From: Deltaproteobacteria bacterium
Lineage (GTDB): Bacteria; Myxococcota; Kuafuiibacteriia; Kuafuiibacteriales; Kuafuiibacteriaceae
DNA length: 64,000 nucleotides
Assembly: GCA_040218735.1 (NCBI GenBank)
Contig: JAVJQW010000070.1
Location: forward strand, 160,001 to 224,000
Direction: 5' to 3'
A program made the position numbers and the translations under genes. How positions within the stretch are numbered: position 1 is the first letter of the stretch; each line of letters opens with the position of its first letter. Below, piece by piece: positions 18,704 to 29,674 of the stretch. The notes under the pieces are model-generated. The model made no database searches, was not told where the DNA came from, and saw only the letters and a list, made by a program, of their open reading frames with translations.

Positions 18704-20533
18704 TCAACCCATCTTCTGTGCGACGCCCCTCAGCATGCGCAGCGTACGTTCGAGCGGATCGCGCGCGGTGTTGAGCGCCTCCATCGAACGCCCCTGAGTC
18801 GCGGTCTTGGCTTTGTTCAGCGCCGCCTCGGCCTTGAGGAGCGCCTCCTTCCCGAAGTCCGATCCGCCCATGAAGCTGCGGACCTGCGGGAGGATCGTCT
18901 CGACGTCGCGGATGATCGCATCCACCTCCGCCCGCGCCTTCTCGAAGGCGTCGGCGTGTTTGACGTCCACCGCGTAGTCCGCGGCGTCCTTCGCCATGCG
19001 CTTGATCTCTTCTTCCGTCAGCCCGCTCGTCGCGGTGACGGTGATGCTCTGCTGCTGGCCCGTCTCGAGGTCCTTCGCGGAGACCGACACGATACCGTCC
19101 GCGGAGATCTCGAAGGTCACGTCGACCTCGACCTCCCCGCGCGGTGCCTCCCGCAGGCCGGAGAGGATGAACTCGCCGAGCAGCTCGTTCTCCTCCGCGC
19201 GCAGCGAGTCGCCCTGGAACACCATGATGCGCACCGAGGTCTGGTTGTCCCGGACCGTCGTGAACACGTGGCCGGCGCTGGTCGGCACCGTGGTGTTCTT
19301 CTCGATGATCGTCTGGAAGTACCCGCCAACGATCATGATGCCGAGGTTGTGCGGCGTGACGTCGAGCAGCAGCACGCTCGACTTCTCGTCGAGGAGCGAA
19401 GCGCCCTGAATCGAAGCGCCCAGCGCCACGACCTCGTCCGCGTTCACGCTCTTCGAAGGCGTCAACCCGAAGAACTCCCGCACCATCTCCTGCAGCTTCG
19501 GCGTGCGCGTCTGACCGCCGACGAGGATGACGTCGTCGAGCTGCGTCTTGTCGATCGCGGCGTCCTTGAGCGTCTTGTCGCAGATCTGCAGGCAGCGCTC
19601 GCACAGGTCGATGACGAGGTCTTCGAACTTCTCACGCGTCAGCGTGCGCTGCAGGTGCAGGGCGTCGTTCTTGCCGGTCGAGATGATGAACGGGAGGTTG
19701 ATCTCCGTCTGCGGCGCGCCGGACAGCTCGACCTTCGCCTTCTCGGCGGCATCGCGGATGCGCTGCAGGGCCATGCGGTCCTTGCGGAGGTCGATCTTGT
19801 GTTCCTTCAGGAACCCGAAGACGAGCCACTCGATGATGCGATTGTCGAAGTCCTCGCCGCCCAGGTACGTGTCGCCCGCGGTCGCCATCACCTCGAAGAC
19901 GCCGCTGCCGATCTCCAGGATCGAGATGTCGAACGTGCCACCGCCGAGGTCGAACACCGCGACCTTCCGCTCGACGGTCTTGCCGTACCCGTACGCAAGG
20001 GATGCGGCCGTCGGCTCGTTGATGATGCGGACGACGTCGAGCCCCGCGATCCGCCCGGCGTCCTTCGTCGCCTGACGCTGCCCGTCGTTGAAGTACGCGG
20101 GCACGGTGACCACGCACTTTTCGACGTCGCGCTCGAGGTACTGCTCGGCGATGAGCTTCATCTCCGAGAGGATCATCGAGCTGATCTCCGGGAGGCTGTA
20201 GATGGTGTCGCGCAGCGCGATGCGCACGTCGTGGTGCGGGCCCTCGATCAGCTTGTAGCTGCACGTTTCGAGCGCCGCCGCGACGGCGGGTGAATTCCAT
20301 TTGCGCCCGATGAGGCGCTTGGAGGCGTACACCGTACCCTCCGGATTGGTGATCGACTGCCGCTTGGCGATGTGACCGATCAGCCGCCGACCGCTCTCCG
20401 CGATCGCGACGATCGAGGGCGTCGTCCGGTATCCCGCTCGATTCGGGATCACCTTCGGGACGCCGTCCTCCACGATCGCGACACAGGAGTTGGTCGTGCC
20501 GAGATCGATGCCGATGATGGGCTCATTTGACAC
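18704..20533 (-). CDS. dnaK: Hsp70/DnaK family chaperone (probably a paralog)
   Basis: GIDLGTTNS, TVPAYFND, RIINEPTAA, DLGGGTFD, LVGGQTR, LLLDVTP, TVRDNQ; no grpE nearby. Confidence 0.93.
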   Translation of the reverse strand: MSNEPIIGIDLGTTNSCVAIVEDGVPKVIPNRAGYRTTPSIVAIAESGRRLIGHIAKRQSITNPEGTVYASKRLIGRKWNSPAVAAALETCSYKLIEGPHHDVRIALRDTIYSLPEISSMILSEMKLIAEQYLERDVEKCVVTVPAYFNDGQRQATKDAGRIAGLDVVRIINEPTAASLAYGYGKTVERKVAVFDLGGGTFDISILEIGSGVFEVMATAGDTYLGGEDFDNRIIEWLVFGFLKEHKIDLRKDRMALQRIRDAAEKAKVELSGAPQTEINLPFIISTGKNDALHLQRTLTREKFEDLVIDLCERCLQICDKTLKDAAIDKTQLDDVILVGGQTRTPKLQEMVREFFGLTPSKSVNADEVVALGASIQGASLLDEKSSVLLLDVTPHNLGIMIVGGYFQTIIEKNTTVPTSAGHVFTTVRDNQTSVRIMVFQGDSLRAEENELLGEFILSGLREAPRGEVEVDVTFEISADGIVSVSAKDLETGQQQSITVTATSGLTEEEIKRMAKDAADYAVDVKHADAFEKARAEVDAIIRDVETILPQVRSFMGGSDFGKEALLKAEAALNKAKTATQGRSMEALNTARDPLERTLRMLRGVAQKMG

Positions 20534-20557
20534 GCGTCGAGTGCTCCCCGGCTCCGC

Positions 20558-21832
20558 CTAAAAGCCCCACTTGAGCTCGCGCAGCCTCTTCTTCGCCTCT
20601 TTGTAGTTCGGTTTCAGCTCGACCGCACGCGAGAGCTCACGCGCGGCTGCCTTCGCCATTCCGCCTCTCTCGTAGCACAATCCCAGGACAAAGTGCGCCT
20701 CCGGGTCGTCCGGAAGCAGCTGTACGCCCTTCTGCGCATGCGGATTGGCGTCCTGCGGATCCCGGCCGCACATGAGGAGATTGTACGCGAGGCGGACCCG
20801 CGCCTGGCCGTTCTCGGGCGCGATGCGCACGGCGTCCTCGAACGCCTCCACGGCCTCGCGGAAGTTCGTCATGTTCTCGCGGGCCAGCCCACGCTTGATA
20901 TACGGCGCCACGCGGAACTCTCCGGCGGCGGCCTTGAGCTCCTCGACCAGCGCGTCGTATTCCGGCCGGCTGTCGAACGCCGCCGCCGTCTGCGCCGCAC
21001 GGAGGGCGTCGAGCAGCTCGCCGGCGTCGCGCTTGGCCTGCGCCGACTCGTACATCTTCTGCGCTTGCGCGATCCGTTTCACGATCGGGTTCTTCGCCTT
21101 GCGCCGCGCCTTGCGTTCCTCCTCACGCTTGGCATCCCGCTCCCGACGCTTCTGCTTCTTGAGCATCTCGGCGAGATCGTCGTCGCCGACCATGAAGACG
21201 TGTTCTTCGTCGTAGGCCTCGCGTTTTTCGGCGTTCGACAGGATCCCGTAGGCGACCTGCACCTGCTTGAAGATGTCGTCGATCATCTTCTTGAACGAGC
21301 CGAGGTTCCCGCGCCGGAAGCGGTCCGGGTGCCACTCCTTGCTGCGCGCGAAGTAGACCCGCTTGATCGCCTTGGTGTCGTCCGTGCGGCTGGCCTGCAG
21401 CAGCTCGTAGTGCGTCCACTTCTCGAGGTGGGCGTGGAAGAACGCGATCCGCTTCCGCTCGGCGACGGACAGGTCGTTGTCCTCCTGCATCAGCGCGACG
21501 GGGAAGATGTAGTCGCCGAAGTCGATCGTCCCGTCGGCGCCGCTCTTCGCGGAGGGCGCCGCGGTCGGCGCGTCGTCGCCGTAGTACACGACGCCGACCT
21601 TCTCGAGCCGGTCGAGGACGCGGAGGATCTCGGGTTCGGGTTTGCCGACCACGAGCGCGAGCTCGCCGATGGTCGTACGTCCGTCGACGCGGGACGCGAG
21701 GAACCCTTCCTCGACGTTCAATCCGAGCTTCGTGAGGTCGACGTCCTCGCGGATCTTGGGGACGTCGTTTTTGTCGTTCGTGGCGCCCAAGGGCCTCGAA
21801 CCCGATGTTCCACGCTCCCGAGACGTCGTCAA
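20558..21832 (-). CDS. J-domain (DnaJ-like) protein with N-terminal wHTH-like domain and C-terminal TPRs
   Basis: THYELL...SKEWHPDRF...AYGILSNAEKREAYD J-domain with HPD motif; TPRs; adjacent to dnaK. Confidence 0.85.
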   Translation of the reverse strand: MTTSRERGTSGSRPLGATNDKNDVPKIREDVDLTKLGLNVEEGFLASRVDGRTTIGELALVVGKPEPEILRVLDRLEKVGVVYYGDDAPTAAPSAKSGADGTIDFGDYIFPVALMQEDNDLSVAERKRIAFFHAHLEKWTHYELLQASRTDDTKAIKRVYFARSKEWHPDRFRRGNLGSFKKMIDDIFKQVQVAYGILSNAEKREAYDEEHVFMVGDDDLAEMLKKQKRRERDAKREEERKARRKAKNPIVKRIAQAQKMYESAQAKRDAGELLDALRAAQTAAAFDSRPEYDALVEELKAAAGEFRVAPYIKRGLARENMTNFREAVEAFEDAVRIAPENGQARVRLAYNLLMCGRDPQDANPHAQKGVQLLPDDPEAHFVLGLCYERGGMAKAAARELSRAVELKPNYKEAKKRLRELKWGF

Positions 21833-23037
21833 GACAGCGACGTGAGCGCCTCTTCGACCACCGCCAACCCCTCGTCGACGTCCTCTCGGGTCAAGACGAG
21901 CGGGGGGACGAAACGCACGACGTCGGGCCCCGCCACGTGGACCAACACGCCGCGCGCGCGGCAGGCGAGCACGACGTCTTTCGCGCCGAACGACAGGCCT
22001 GGCTTCAGCTCGGCGCCCCAGATCAGACCCCGCCCGCGCACCTGGTGTACGACACCGGTGCGCCCGGCGATCGCCTCGAGTCCCGACGCGAGATGGGCGC
22101 CGACCTCCCGCACGCCAGCGAGGAATCCGTCCGCGAGGATGGTGTCCATCACGACGTTACCGGCCGCGCAGGCCATCGGGTTGCCGCCGTAGGTCGTCGC
22201 GTGCGTGCCGTACGCGAGCGACTTGCCGACGTCGCCGCGCGCGACCATCGCGCCGAGCGGGAGCCCGCCGCCGATCCCCTTCGCGAGCGACATGATGTCC
22301 GGGACGACGCCGTCGTGTTCGTAGGCAAACACGTGGCCGGTGCGGCCGACGCCAGCCTGCACCTCGTCGAAGATCAACAGCGCGCCGTTTCTGTCGCAGA
22401 TCTCCCGGACCCGCGCGAGGAAGCCGGCCGGCGGGACGTTCACCCCGCCCTCCCCCTGCAGCGGCTCGATGATCACCGCCGCGGTGTCCTTCGAGACCGT
22501 GGCCTCGAGACCCTCGAGGTCGAACGGCCCGACGTAGTCGAACCCGCCCGGCATCGGCCCGAAGCCCTCGTGGTACTTCGGCTGCGCCGTCGCGGTGAGC
22601 GCGCCGTACGTGCGCCCGTGGAACGACTTCTCGAAGCTGACGATCCGGTTTCGCGTCTTGTCGCCCTGGTCGTGGTGGTAGCGACGGGCGAGCTTGATCG
22701 CGGACTCGTTCGCCTCCGCGCCCGAGTTGCAGAAGTAGACCATGTCCGCGAACGAGCTCGCGACGAGCTTCTCGGCCAGCTCGATGGACGGTGTGTTGTA
22801 GTAGAGGTTCGACGTGTGGAGGATGCGCCCGGCCTGTTCGCGGAGCGCCGCCACCAGCGCCGGGTGTCCGTGCCCCAGGGCGCTCACCGCGATCCCGGAG
22901 GTCAGGTCGAGGTACGGCTTGTCGTCGGCGTCGTAGACGCGGCAACCCTCGCCGCGCACGAGCACGATCTCAGCGGGGCGGATGTTCGGGAAGAAGGGGT
23001 GTTGGGCGCGCTGGACCCAGCCGGCGTTGTCGGTCAT
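21829..23037 (-). CDS. argD: Acetylornithine aminotransferase (class III PLP)
   Basis: [51 protein letters not shown]. Confidence 0.85.
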   Translation of the reverse strand: MTDNAGWVQRAQHPFFPNIRPAEIVLVRGEGCRVYDADDKPYLDLTSGIAVSALGHGHPALVAALREQAGRILHTSNLYYNTPSIELAEKLVASSFADMVYFCNSGAEANESAIKLARRYHHDQGDKTRNRIVSFEKSFHGRTYGALTATAQPKYHEGFGPMPGGFDYVGPFDLEGLEATVSKDTAAVIIEPLQGEGGVNVPPAGFLARVREICDRNGALLIFDEVQAGVGRTGHVFAYEHDGVVPDIMSLAKGIGGGLPLGAMVARGDVGKSLAYGTHATTYGGNPMACAAGNVVMDTILADGFLAGVREVGAHLASGLEAIAGRTGVVHQVRGRGLIWGAELKPGLSFGAKDVVLACRARGVLVHVAGPDVVRFVPPLVLTREDVDEGLAVVEEALTSLS

Positions 23038-23047
23038 CGCCCCGGAT

Positions 23048-24424
23048 TCATAACACGAAGCGCGACAGGTCTTCGCTACTGAGCGCGGGCTTCAGCTGCG
23101 CTTGGACGAACGCCGCGTCGATGACGATCGTCTTCTCGCGCCGCTCGGGGGCGTCGAACGAGATGTCGTCGAGGAGCGTCTCCATGATGGTGTGGAGGCG
23201 CCGCGCCCCGATGTTCTCGATCGTCGAGTTCACCTGCGCGGCGATGCGGGCGATCTCCGTCACCGCGTCGTCCGTGAACGACACGTCGAGCCCCTCCGTC
23301 GCGAGGAGCGCGGTGTACTGCTTGAGGAGCGAGTTCTTCGGCTCCTTCAGGATCCGCTCGAACTCGTCGGACGCCAGCGACGACAGCTCCACCCGGATCG
23401 GGAAGCGCCCCTGCAGCTCGGGGATCAGATCCGACACCCGCGCGGTGTGGAACGCACCCGCCGCGATGAAGAGGATGTGGTCGGTGCGGATGCGCCCGTA
23501 CTTGGAGCTGACGGTCGACCCCTCGACGATCGGCAGCAGATCCCGCTGGACCCCCTCCCGCGACACGTCGGGGCCCGAGCCCTTCTTCGCCTGCCCCGAC
23601 GCGACCTTGTCGATCTCGTCGATGAAGATGATCCCGCTCTCCTCCGCGAGCTTCAGCGCGTCGCGGTTGATCTGGTCCATGTCGAGGAGCTTGCCGATCT
23701 CCTCCTCCTTGATGACGTCCTTGGCCTCCGCGACGGTGGCCTTGCGGCGCTTCTTCGGCCCCCCGCCCCGCGACCCGAGCATGTCCTGGAGCTGGAACAC
23801 CATGTCCTGCACGCCCTCGGCCGAGAAGTTCTGCACGAGCGACACCGGCGGCTTCGCCGACACGTGGATCTCCACGGGGCGATCGTCGAGCTTCCCCTCG
23901 CGGAGCATCCGCCGGAACGTCTCGCGGGTCTTGCTCTCCGAGTCCTCGTTCGCGGGGCCGTCCGCGGTGTCCTCGAAGCCCTTGTTCTTGGCGCGCGGGA
24001 GCAGCAGGTCGAGGATGCGCTCCTCCGCAGCCTCCTCGGCGCGGACCTCCACCGCGACTTGGGCCTCCTCCCGCGTGAGGTTCACGGCGACCTCCACGAG
24101 GTCGCGCACCATCGATTCCACATCGCGGCCGACGTAGCCGACCTCCGTGAACTTCGACGCCTCGACCTTCACGAACGGCGCCTTGATCAGCTTGGCGAGG
24201 CGCCGCGCGATCTCGGTCTTACCGACGCCCGTCGGCCCGATCATCAGGATGTTCTTCGGGTGGATCTCGTCGCGCAGCTCCTCGGGCACGCGGTGACGCC
24301 GCCAGCGGTTCCTCAGCGCGATCGCGACGGCGCGCTTCGCCCCGTCCTGACCGATGATGTAGCGGTCGAGCTCGCCGACCGTCTCGCGCGGCGTGAACGC
24401 CTGTCGCATCTGCGCGTCCGTCAT
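23048..24424 (-). CDS. hslU: HslU ATPase subunit of the HslUV protease
   Basis: [46 protein letters not shown]; ATG overlaps the hslV stop (ATGA). Confidence 0.96.
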   Translation of the reverse strand: MTDAQMRQAFTPRETVGELDRYIIGQDGAKRAVAIALRNRWRRHRVPEELRDEIHPKNILMIGPTGVGKTEIARRLAKLIKAPFVKVEASKFTEVGYVGRDVESMVRDLVEVAVNLTREEAQVAVEVRAEEAAEERILDLLLPRAKNKGFEDTADGPANEDSESKTRETFRRMLREGKLDDRPVEIHVSAKPPVSLVQNFSAEGVQDMVFQLQDMLGSRGGGPKKRRKATVAEAKDVIKEEEIGKLLDMDQINRDALKLAEESGIIFIDEIDKVASGQAKKGSGPDVSREGVQRDLLPIVEGSTVSSKYGRIRTDHILFIAAGAFHTARVSDLIPELQGRFPIRVELSSLASDEFERILKEPKNSLLKQYTALLATEGLDVSFTDDAVTEIARIAAQVNSTIENIGARRLHTIMETLLDDISFDAPERREKTIVIDAAFVQAQLKPALSSEDLSRFVL

Positions 24425-24951
24425 GAGCCCAGCTCCTCCACCGTGATGTTCGTGTTCGTGTAGATGCAGATGTCCGCCGCGATCAGGAGGGACTTCTGCA
24501 CGATCTCGGTCGGCGCCAGCTCGGTGTGGGCTGCGAGCGCGCGCGCCGCAGCGAGCGCCATCGGGCCGCCGCTGCCGATCGCCGTGAGGCCTTCGTCGGG
24601 CTCGATGACGTCGCCGTTGCCGGAGATGACGAGGGTCTTCTCGGTGTCGGCGACGAGCAGCATCGCCTCCAGGCGCCGCAGGTAGCGGTCCGTGCGCCAG
24701 TCCTTGGCCAACTCGACGGCGCTCCGCAGGAGCTGTCCGCCGTACTCCGAGAGCTTGCCCTCGAAGCGCTCGAACAGCGTGAAGGCGTCCGCCGTCGCGC
24801 CCGCGAAGCCGGCGAGGACCTTGCCCTCGTGCAGGCGCCGGACTTTCCTCGCCGTCGCTTTGACCACGGTGTTGCCGAGGCTGACCTGGCCGTCGCCGCC
24901 CACCGCGACCAACGGGCCGCGCCGCGCCGTCACGATGGTCGTGCCGTACAT
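24421..24951 (-). CDS. hslV: HslV protease subunit
   Basis: MYGTTIV (catalytic Thr), [26 protein letters not shown]. Confidence 0.95.
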   Translation of the reverse strand: MYGTTIVTARRGPLVAVGGDGQVSLGNTVVKATARKVRRLHEGKVLAGFAGATADAFTLFERFEGKLSEYGGQLLRSAVELAKDWRTDRYLRRLEAMLLVADTEKTLVISGNGDVIEPDEGLTAIGSGGPMALAAARALAAHTELAPTEIVQKSLLIAADICIYTNTNITVEELGS

Positions 24952-25022
24952 TCGATGTTCGTCGTGGCCTGTGGACACGGGGCCTACTCAGCAAACCACC
25001 CCGTGTGCGTCAAGCGTGGGGC

Positions 25023-25982
25023 CTACGAATCGTCGCCGAGGGGGTGCGCGTGATCGTAGACGGCCCTCAGGCGCTCCACGGAGACGGACGTGTACCGCTG
25101 CGTGGTGCCGAGGTTGGCGTGTCCGAGCAGCTCCTGGATGGTGCGCAGATCCGCGCCCCCGTCGAGGAGGTGCGTGGCGAAGCTGTGCCGCAGCATGTGC
25201 GGCGTGACGTTCCGACCGAGCGCGACCTGGAGGACCCGTCGGCGCAGGCGGAGGCGAAGCCCGCGCGTCGAGAGCCGCCCGCCCCGCGCGTTGAGGAACA
25301 ACGCGGCCGTGGGGGCCTTCACGAGCTCGGGCCTACGTTCGAGCCAACGTTCGAGCGACGCCGCGGCCTTCCTCCCGAACGGGACGATCCGCTCCTTCTT
25401 CCCCTTGCCGAGCACACGCACGGTGCGGCGCTTCAGGTCGCAGCCGTCGAGGTCGAGCGCGACGAGCTCCGCGGCGCGAACGCCGGCACCGTAGAGCAGC
25501 TCGATCATCGCGAGGTCGCGACGGTCGAGGGGGGTGTCGGCCATGTCGGCCTCGAGCATCGAGAAGATCTCGTCGGGGGTGATCGAGCGCGGGAGCCCCT
25601 TCGGGAGCTTCGGCGACATCACCTCTTCGCCGATGTTCCGCGGCGCCAGCCCGTTCCTCACCAGGTACCGGTAGAAGCTCCGCAGCGCGGAGAGCTTGCG
25701 CGCGCGGGTGCGGGCCTCGGTCTTCTCGTGGATCGTCGAGAGCCAGGTCTGCACCTGGTACGTCTCGAGCTCGGCGGGCCCTCCCGCGAAGCCCATCGTC
25801 TCCAGGTGCTCGGCGAGCAACCGGAGGTCCGCGTCGTACGCGGCGATCGTGTGGTCGCTGTAGCGCCGCTCGAGCCGCAGGTAGTCGAGGAACGGCACGA
25901 TCGCCGCGCGAAAGTCGGAGCCCTCGGGCTTCGGGGCGTCGTCGAACTGCACGCGACGACGCGTCTTGCGGCGGGTCGCCAC
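25023..25982 (-). CDS. xerC: Tyrosine recombinase XerC
   Basis: ELLYGAGVR, GKGKKER, TPHMLRHSFATHLL, LGHANLGTTQRYT; conserved trmFO-xerC-hslVU context. Confidence 0.9.
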   Translation of the reverse strand: MATRRKTRRRVQFDDAPKPEGSDFRAAIVPFLDYLRLERRYSDHTIAAYDADLRLLAEHLETMGFAGGPAELETYQVQTWLSTIHEKTEARTRARKLSALRSFYRYLVRNGLAPRNIGEEVMSPKLPKGLPRSITPDEIFSMLEADMADTPLDRRDLAMIELLYGAGVRAAELVALDLDGCDLKRRTVRVLGKGKKERIVPFGRKAAASLERWLERRPELVKAPTAALFLNARGGRLSTRGLRLRLRRRVLQVALGRNVTPHMLRHSFATHLLDGGADLRTIQELLGHANLGTTQRYTSVSVERLRAVYDHAHPLGDDS

Positions 25983-25991
25983 GCCGACAAT

Positions 25992-27380
25992 CTACTGAAT
26001 CGATCGGCGCTCGCCAAGAAAACGGACGTGGGAGACGAGGAGCTCGCGATGTGCCGCCCACCAGTCCTCGAACGTCTGCACCGCGCGCTCGCCGTAGAAG
26101 CGCTTCTTGTCGCGCTTGCCTACGCGCCGCTCCGGCGGCGGGCACAGGCCCCAGTGGATGTTCGAGGGCACGTGCCCTGCCTTCTCGGTGCCGGGGGCCT
26201 TCGCGAGGCCGAGGATGTGCCCGTGCAGCGCGCCGAGCGTCGACGTGTGCGGGGGCATCGGCAGGTCCACGCCGCGTCGCTTCGCGATCAACATCCACGC
26301 GGCGAGCAGGCCACACGCGGTGCTCTCGACGTAGCCCTCCACGCCCGTGATCTGCCCAGCGAAGATGAGGTGCGGCTGGGTCTTCAGCCTGAGCGATCCG
26401 TCGAGGAGCTTCGGCGAGTCGAGATAGGTGTTCCGGTGCACGGAGCCCATCCGGAGGAATTCCACGTTCTCCAGCCCCGGGATGGTGCGAAAGACCTCCT
26501 TCTGCGCGCCCCACTTCATCCGCGTCTGGAAGCCGACGAGGTTGAACGCCGTCCGCTCGCGATCCTCCGCGCGTAGCTGCACGACCGCGTGCGGTCGCCG
26601 CTCGGTGCGCGGATCGGTCAGGCCGACCGGCTTCATGCAGCCGTAGCGCAACGTCTCTCGCCCGCGCGAGGCCATCACCTCGATCGGCAGGCAGCCCTCG
26701 AAGAAGCGCTCCTCCTCGAAGTCGCGCGCGGGTGTCTTCTCCGCCTCGACCACCGCGGTGACGAAGGCCTCGTACTGCGCCTCGTCGAGCGGGCAGTTCA
26801 CGTAGTCCTTCCCGTCGCCCTTGTCGTAGCGCGACTGGTAGAACGCCTTGTCGTAATCGATGCTGTCCGCGTCCACGATCGGCGCGATCGCGTCGTAGAA
26901 GTACAGGCCGCTCGCGCTCCCCGTCGCCGCCGCGATGTCCGCGTGCAGCGACTCCGCCGTGAGGGGGCCCGTCGCGACGACGACGTCCGACGCCTCCTCG
27001 GCCGACGGCAGCTTCTGAACCTCCGCGTTCACGATCTCGATGTTCGGCTGCGCGTGGAGCGCCGCGGTGACGGCCGCGCTGAACTTCTCGCGGTCCACGG
27101 CGAGCGCCCCGCCCGCGGGGACCTGCGCCTCGTCCGCGAACCGGATCAGCGCACCCTCCCCTCGCCGCATCTCCTCCTTGATCGCGCCGACGGCGTTCTC
27201 GAGCGCCGCGCCGCGGAAGGAGTTCGAGCACACCAGCTCCGCGAAGTGGTCGCTGACCTGCGCCGGCGTCCGCTTCGCGGGTTTCATCTCGAACAGCCGC
27301 ACGGGGATGTCGCGCCGCGCGAGCTGCAGAGCGACCTCGGCCCCCGCGAGGCCCGCACCAATGATCCAGACCGGCTCCAT
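25992..27380 (-). CDS. trmFO: tRNA m5U54 methyltransferase TrmFO (Gid)
   Basis: GAGLAGAE, AELVCSNS, FYDAIAP, FEGCLPIE, HRNTY, AGQITGVEGYVES. Confidence 0.95.
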   Translation of the reverse strand: MEPVWIIGAGLAGAEVALQLARRDIPVRLFEMKPAKRTPAQVSDHFAELVCSNSFRGAALENAVGAIKEEMRRGEGALIRFADEAQVPAGGALAVDREKFSAAVTAALHAQPNIEIVNAEVQKLPSAEEASDVVVATGPLTAESLHADIAAATGSASGLYFYDAIAPIVDADSIDYDKAFYQSRYDKGDGKDYVNCPLDEAQYEAFVTAVVEAEKTPARDFEEERFFEGCLPIEVMASRGRETLRYGCMKPVGLTDPRTERRPHAVVQLRAEDRERTAFNLVGFQTRMKWGAQKEVFRTIPGLENVEFLRMGSVHRNTYLDSPKLLDGSLRLKTQPHLIFAGQITGVEGYVESTACGLLAAWMLIAKRRGVDLPMPPHTSTLGALHGHILGLAKAPGTEKAGHVPSNIHWGLCPPPERRVGKRDKKRFYGERAVQTFEDWWAAHRELLVSHVRFLGERRSIQ

Positions 27381-27414
27381 CGCGCGTTGGTGTGCGGTGC
27401 GCGGGCCGACGCCG

Positions 27415-28707
27415 TCAAGACGTCGTCGCGGTCTTCGTCGGCGTCGGCGCGCTCTTGGTCGGGTTCAACAGGAACACCGGATCCTCCTGCGACCTCCGAA
27501 GCTGCCACACCACGGCGAGCGCGATGCCAGCGATGAGGCACAACGCGATGAGCGCCCAGACCAGCCCGTTCGAACCGGCCGGAGGCGCCTCGGGCGCGGG
27601 TTCCGCCGCCGGCGGGGGCGTCGGCGAGGTCGGCGGCGGCTCGGGGACACCGAGCGGGGGCGTGTCCGCGACGTCGACCGGCTCCCGCACCCGCGCCGCC
27701 GGCGCGCGCGGGTTCTCGGCGCGCACGGGCCCGACGGCGAACAACACCATGTCCGCCTCGCGCAGCGCGTTCGCGACCCGAAACGCCTGGTCCGGACGCA
27801 GCCCGGGCTTCAGCTGCAGACAGGCGTCGACCACGTCCGTGAGCTCCTGCGGGAGGATCTCCTTCTCCGGGTTCACCGTGATCCGCGGGGCGCCCTTGAG
27901 CTTCGCGAGCACGACGTCCCGCAGCGAGTCCCCCTCGTGCGGACAGCGGCCCGTGATCATCTCGAAGAGCATCACACCGATCGAGAACAAGTCCGCGCGC
28001 GCGTCGACCGTCGCGCCCGCCGCCTGCTCGGGCGCCATGTACCGCGGCGTCCCGACGAAGGTCCCCGGCTTCTCGTCGTCGACCCGCGGCTGCGTGCGGT
28101 CGACGGGCAGGAACTTCACGACGCCGAAGTCCAACAGCTTCACGCGCGGCTCCGAGCGCCCCGGCTCGTCGATGATCAGGATGTTCTCGGGCTTGAGGTC
28201 GCGGTGGATGATTCCGTTGTCGTGCAGCGAAGTGAGCGCGTCGCAGATCTGAATCGCGATCTGGATGCTCGTCCGCAGGTCCAGCGCCCCCTCGCGCTTG
28301 ATGCGCGCGCGCAGCGCCTCCCCCTCGACGTACTCCATCACGTACGCCAAGCGACGCGGGTGCTCCTCCTCGATGAAGTCGAAGACGCGGATGAGCCCCG
28401 GGTGTTCGACCGAGCTCGCGGCGCGCACTTCATCGAAGAAGCGTTGGACGATGCGCGCGCGTTTGACCTTCGAGGCCGCGAGCACCTTCATCGCGACGAC
28501 GGCGCCGTCTTCGAGTCGCCGCGCCTTGAACACGGACCCGGCGCCGCCCTTCCCGAGCAGCGACTCGAGTTGATAACCGGCGACGCGATCCCCCGCCGAA
28601 GGGTTCGGTGCGACCGCGCCGGTGTCGACGCGAGGTTTCGGCGTCGGCAGCGCCGGTTCTTCCAGGCCCGGACCCGCCGGTCCGCGTCCGTCGCCGCCCT
28701 CGGCCAT
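27415..28707 (-). CDS. Ser/Thr protein kinase with C-terminal TM anchor
   Basis: LGKGGAGSVF, VAMK, HRDLKPEN, DFG, GTPRYMAPE; TM LVWALIALCLIAGIALAVVW. Confidence 0.88.
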   Translation of the reverse strand: MAEGGDGRGPAGPGLEEPALPTPKPRVDTGAVAPNPSAGDRVAGYQLESLLGKGGAGSVFKARRLEDGAVVAMKVLAASKVKRARIVQRFFDEVRAASSVEHPGLIRVFDFIEEEHPRRLAYVMEYVEGEALRARIKREGALDLRTSIQIAIQICDALTSLHDNGIIHRDLKPENILIIDEPGRSEPRVKLLDFGVVKFLPVDRTQPRVDDEKPGTFVGTPRYMAPEQAAGATVDARADLFSIGVMLFEMITGRCPHEGDSLRDVVLAKLKGAPRITVNPEKEILPQELTDVVDACLQLKPGLRPDQAFRVANALREADMVLFAVGPVRAENPRAPAARVREPVDVADTPPLGVPEPPPTSPTPPPAAEPAPEAPPAGSNGLVWALIALCLIAGIALAVVWQLRRSQEDPVFLLNPTKSAPTPTKTATTS

Positions 28708-28749
28708 CGCGTCGCGAGCGTGCCTCCGTCGCAACCGCGTCGCAACGCC

Positions 28750-29577
28750 TCAGATGCCCCGGCGCGGGAAGAACCGACCATTCCGCGCCACGACGCAGCC
28801 CGTCAGCTCCAGCTGCAGCAGCTCCGCCAGGACCGACGCGATCGGGCGCTGGTGTTCCCGCGCGAGCGCCTCCGCGCTCGTCGGCGCGCGGGTGATGCTG
28901 TCCAGCAACGCAGACGCCGGCGCCGCACGCGGGCGCTTTCGCCTGCGCTTCGGGATCTGGAGCGCACGCAAGAGATCGTCGGGGGTGTTCATCAGGGACG
29001 CGCCGCGTCGCGCCCAGACCCGACCGGCCTCCCCCCGCGGATCCTCGAGGCCCCACGGCAACACCCACAGCGGACGGCCCAGACGCACCGCGGCGTCCGC
29101 CGTGTAGAAGGTCCCCGAACGCGCGCGGGCCTCGACGACGACGGTGAGGTCCGCGAGCGCCGCGATGATGCGGTTGCGATCGCGGAACGCGCTCTTGTGC
29201 CCCGGCGTCTCGCGCTCGGACAGCCAGGCGCCGCCGGCTTCGAGGACGCGTTCGAACAGGAGGCGGTTCGTCCTCGGCGACGGTCGATCCAGCGGCGTGG
29301 GGAGCACGACCCAGGTCGTGCCGCCGCCATCGAGCGCGCCGGCGTGCGCGGCCGCGTCGATCCCCAGCGCGCCCCCGCTCACGATGGTGACGCCGTACGA
29401 GGCGAGGTGGGCGGCGAGGCGCCGCGTGAGATCACAGCCGTGTTCGGATGCACGTCGGGCGCCGACGATCGCGACCGCTGGCGCCTTCAGATCCAGCGGG
29501 CCTCGCAGGTAGAGCGGGTCCGGGGGATCCGCGAGCTCGCGAAGCCGTGGGGGATAGTCGGGGTCGGTCGGGCGCAC
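28750..29577 (-). CDS. dprA: DNA-processing protein DprA (Smf)
   Basis: YPPRLREL..PP..LY, AIVGAR, VSGGALGIDAAAH, FRDRNRIIAAL, VVEA..RSGT; C-terminal wHTH. Confidence 0.92.
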   Translation of the reverse strand: MRPTDPDYPPRLRELADPPDPLYLRGPLDLKAPAVAIVGARRASEHGCDLTRRLAAHLASYGVTIVSGGALGIDAAAHAGALDGGGTTWVVLPTPLDRPSPRTNRLLFERVLEAGGAWLSERETPGHKSAFRDRNRIIAALADLTVVVEARARSGTFYTADAAVRLGRPLWVLPWGLEDPRGEAGRVWARRGASLMNTPDDLLRALQIPKRRRKRPRAAPASALLDSITRAPTSAEALAREHQRPIASVLAELLQLELTGCVVARNGRFFPRRGI

Positions 29578-29674
29578 TGTGCGAGCGAGCCGCGGCGGTG
29601 GCGCTGCGTCAATCGCTTCGCTTCAATGGAACGAATTTCGGATCGATGAATTTCGTTCGTCGGCTGGCGCCGAC

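Noticed and set aside
25023-25982. Tyrosine recombinase as a phage or island integrase
   Set aside because: The housekeeping trmFO-xerC-hslVU context identifies it as XerC.
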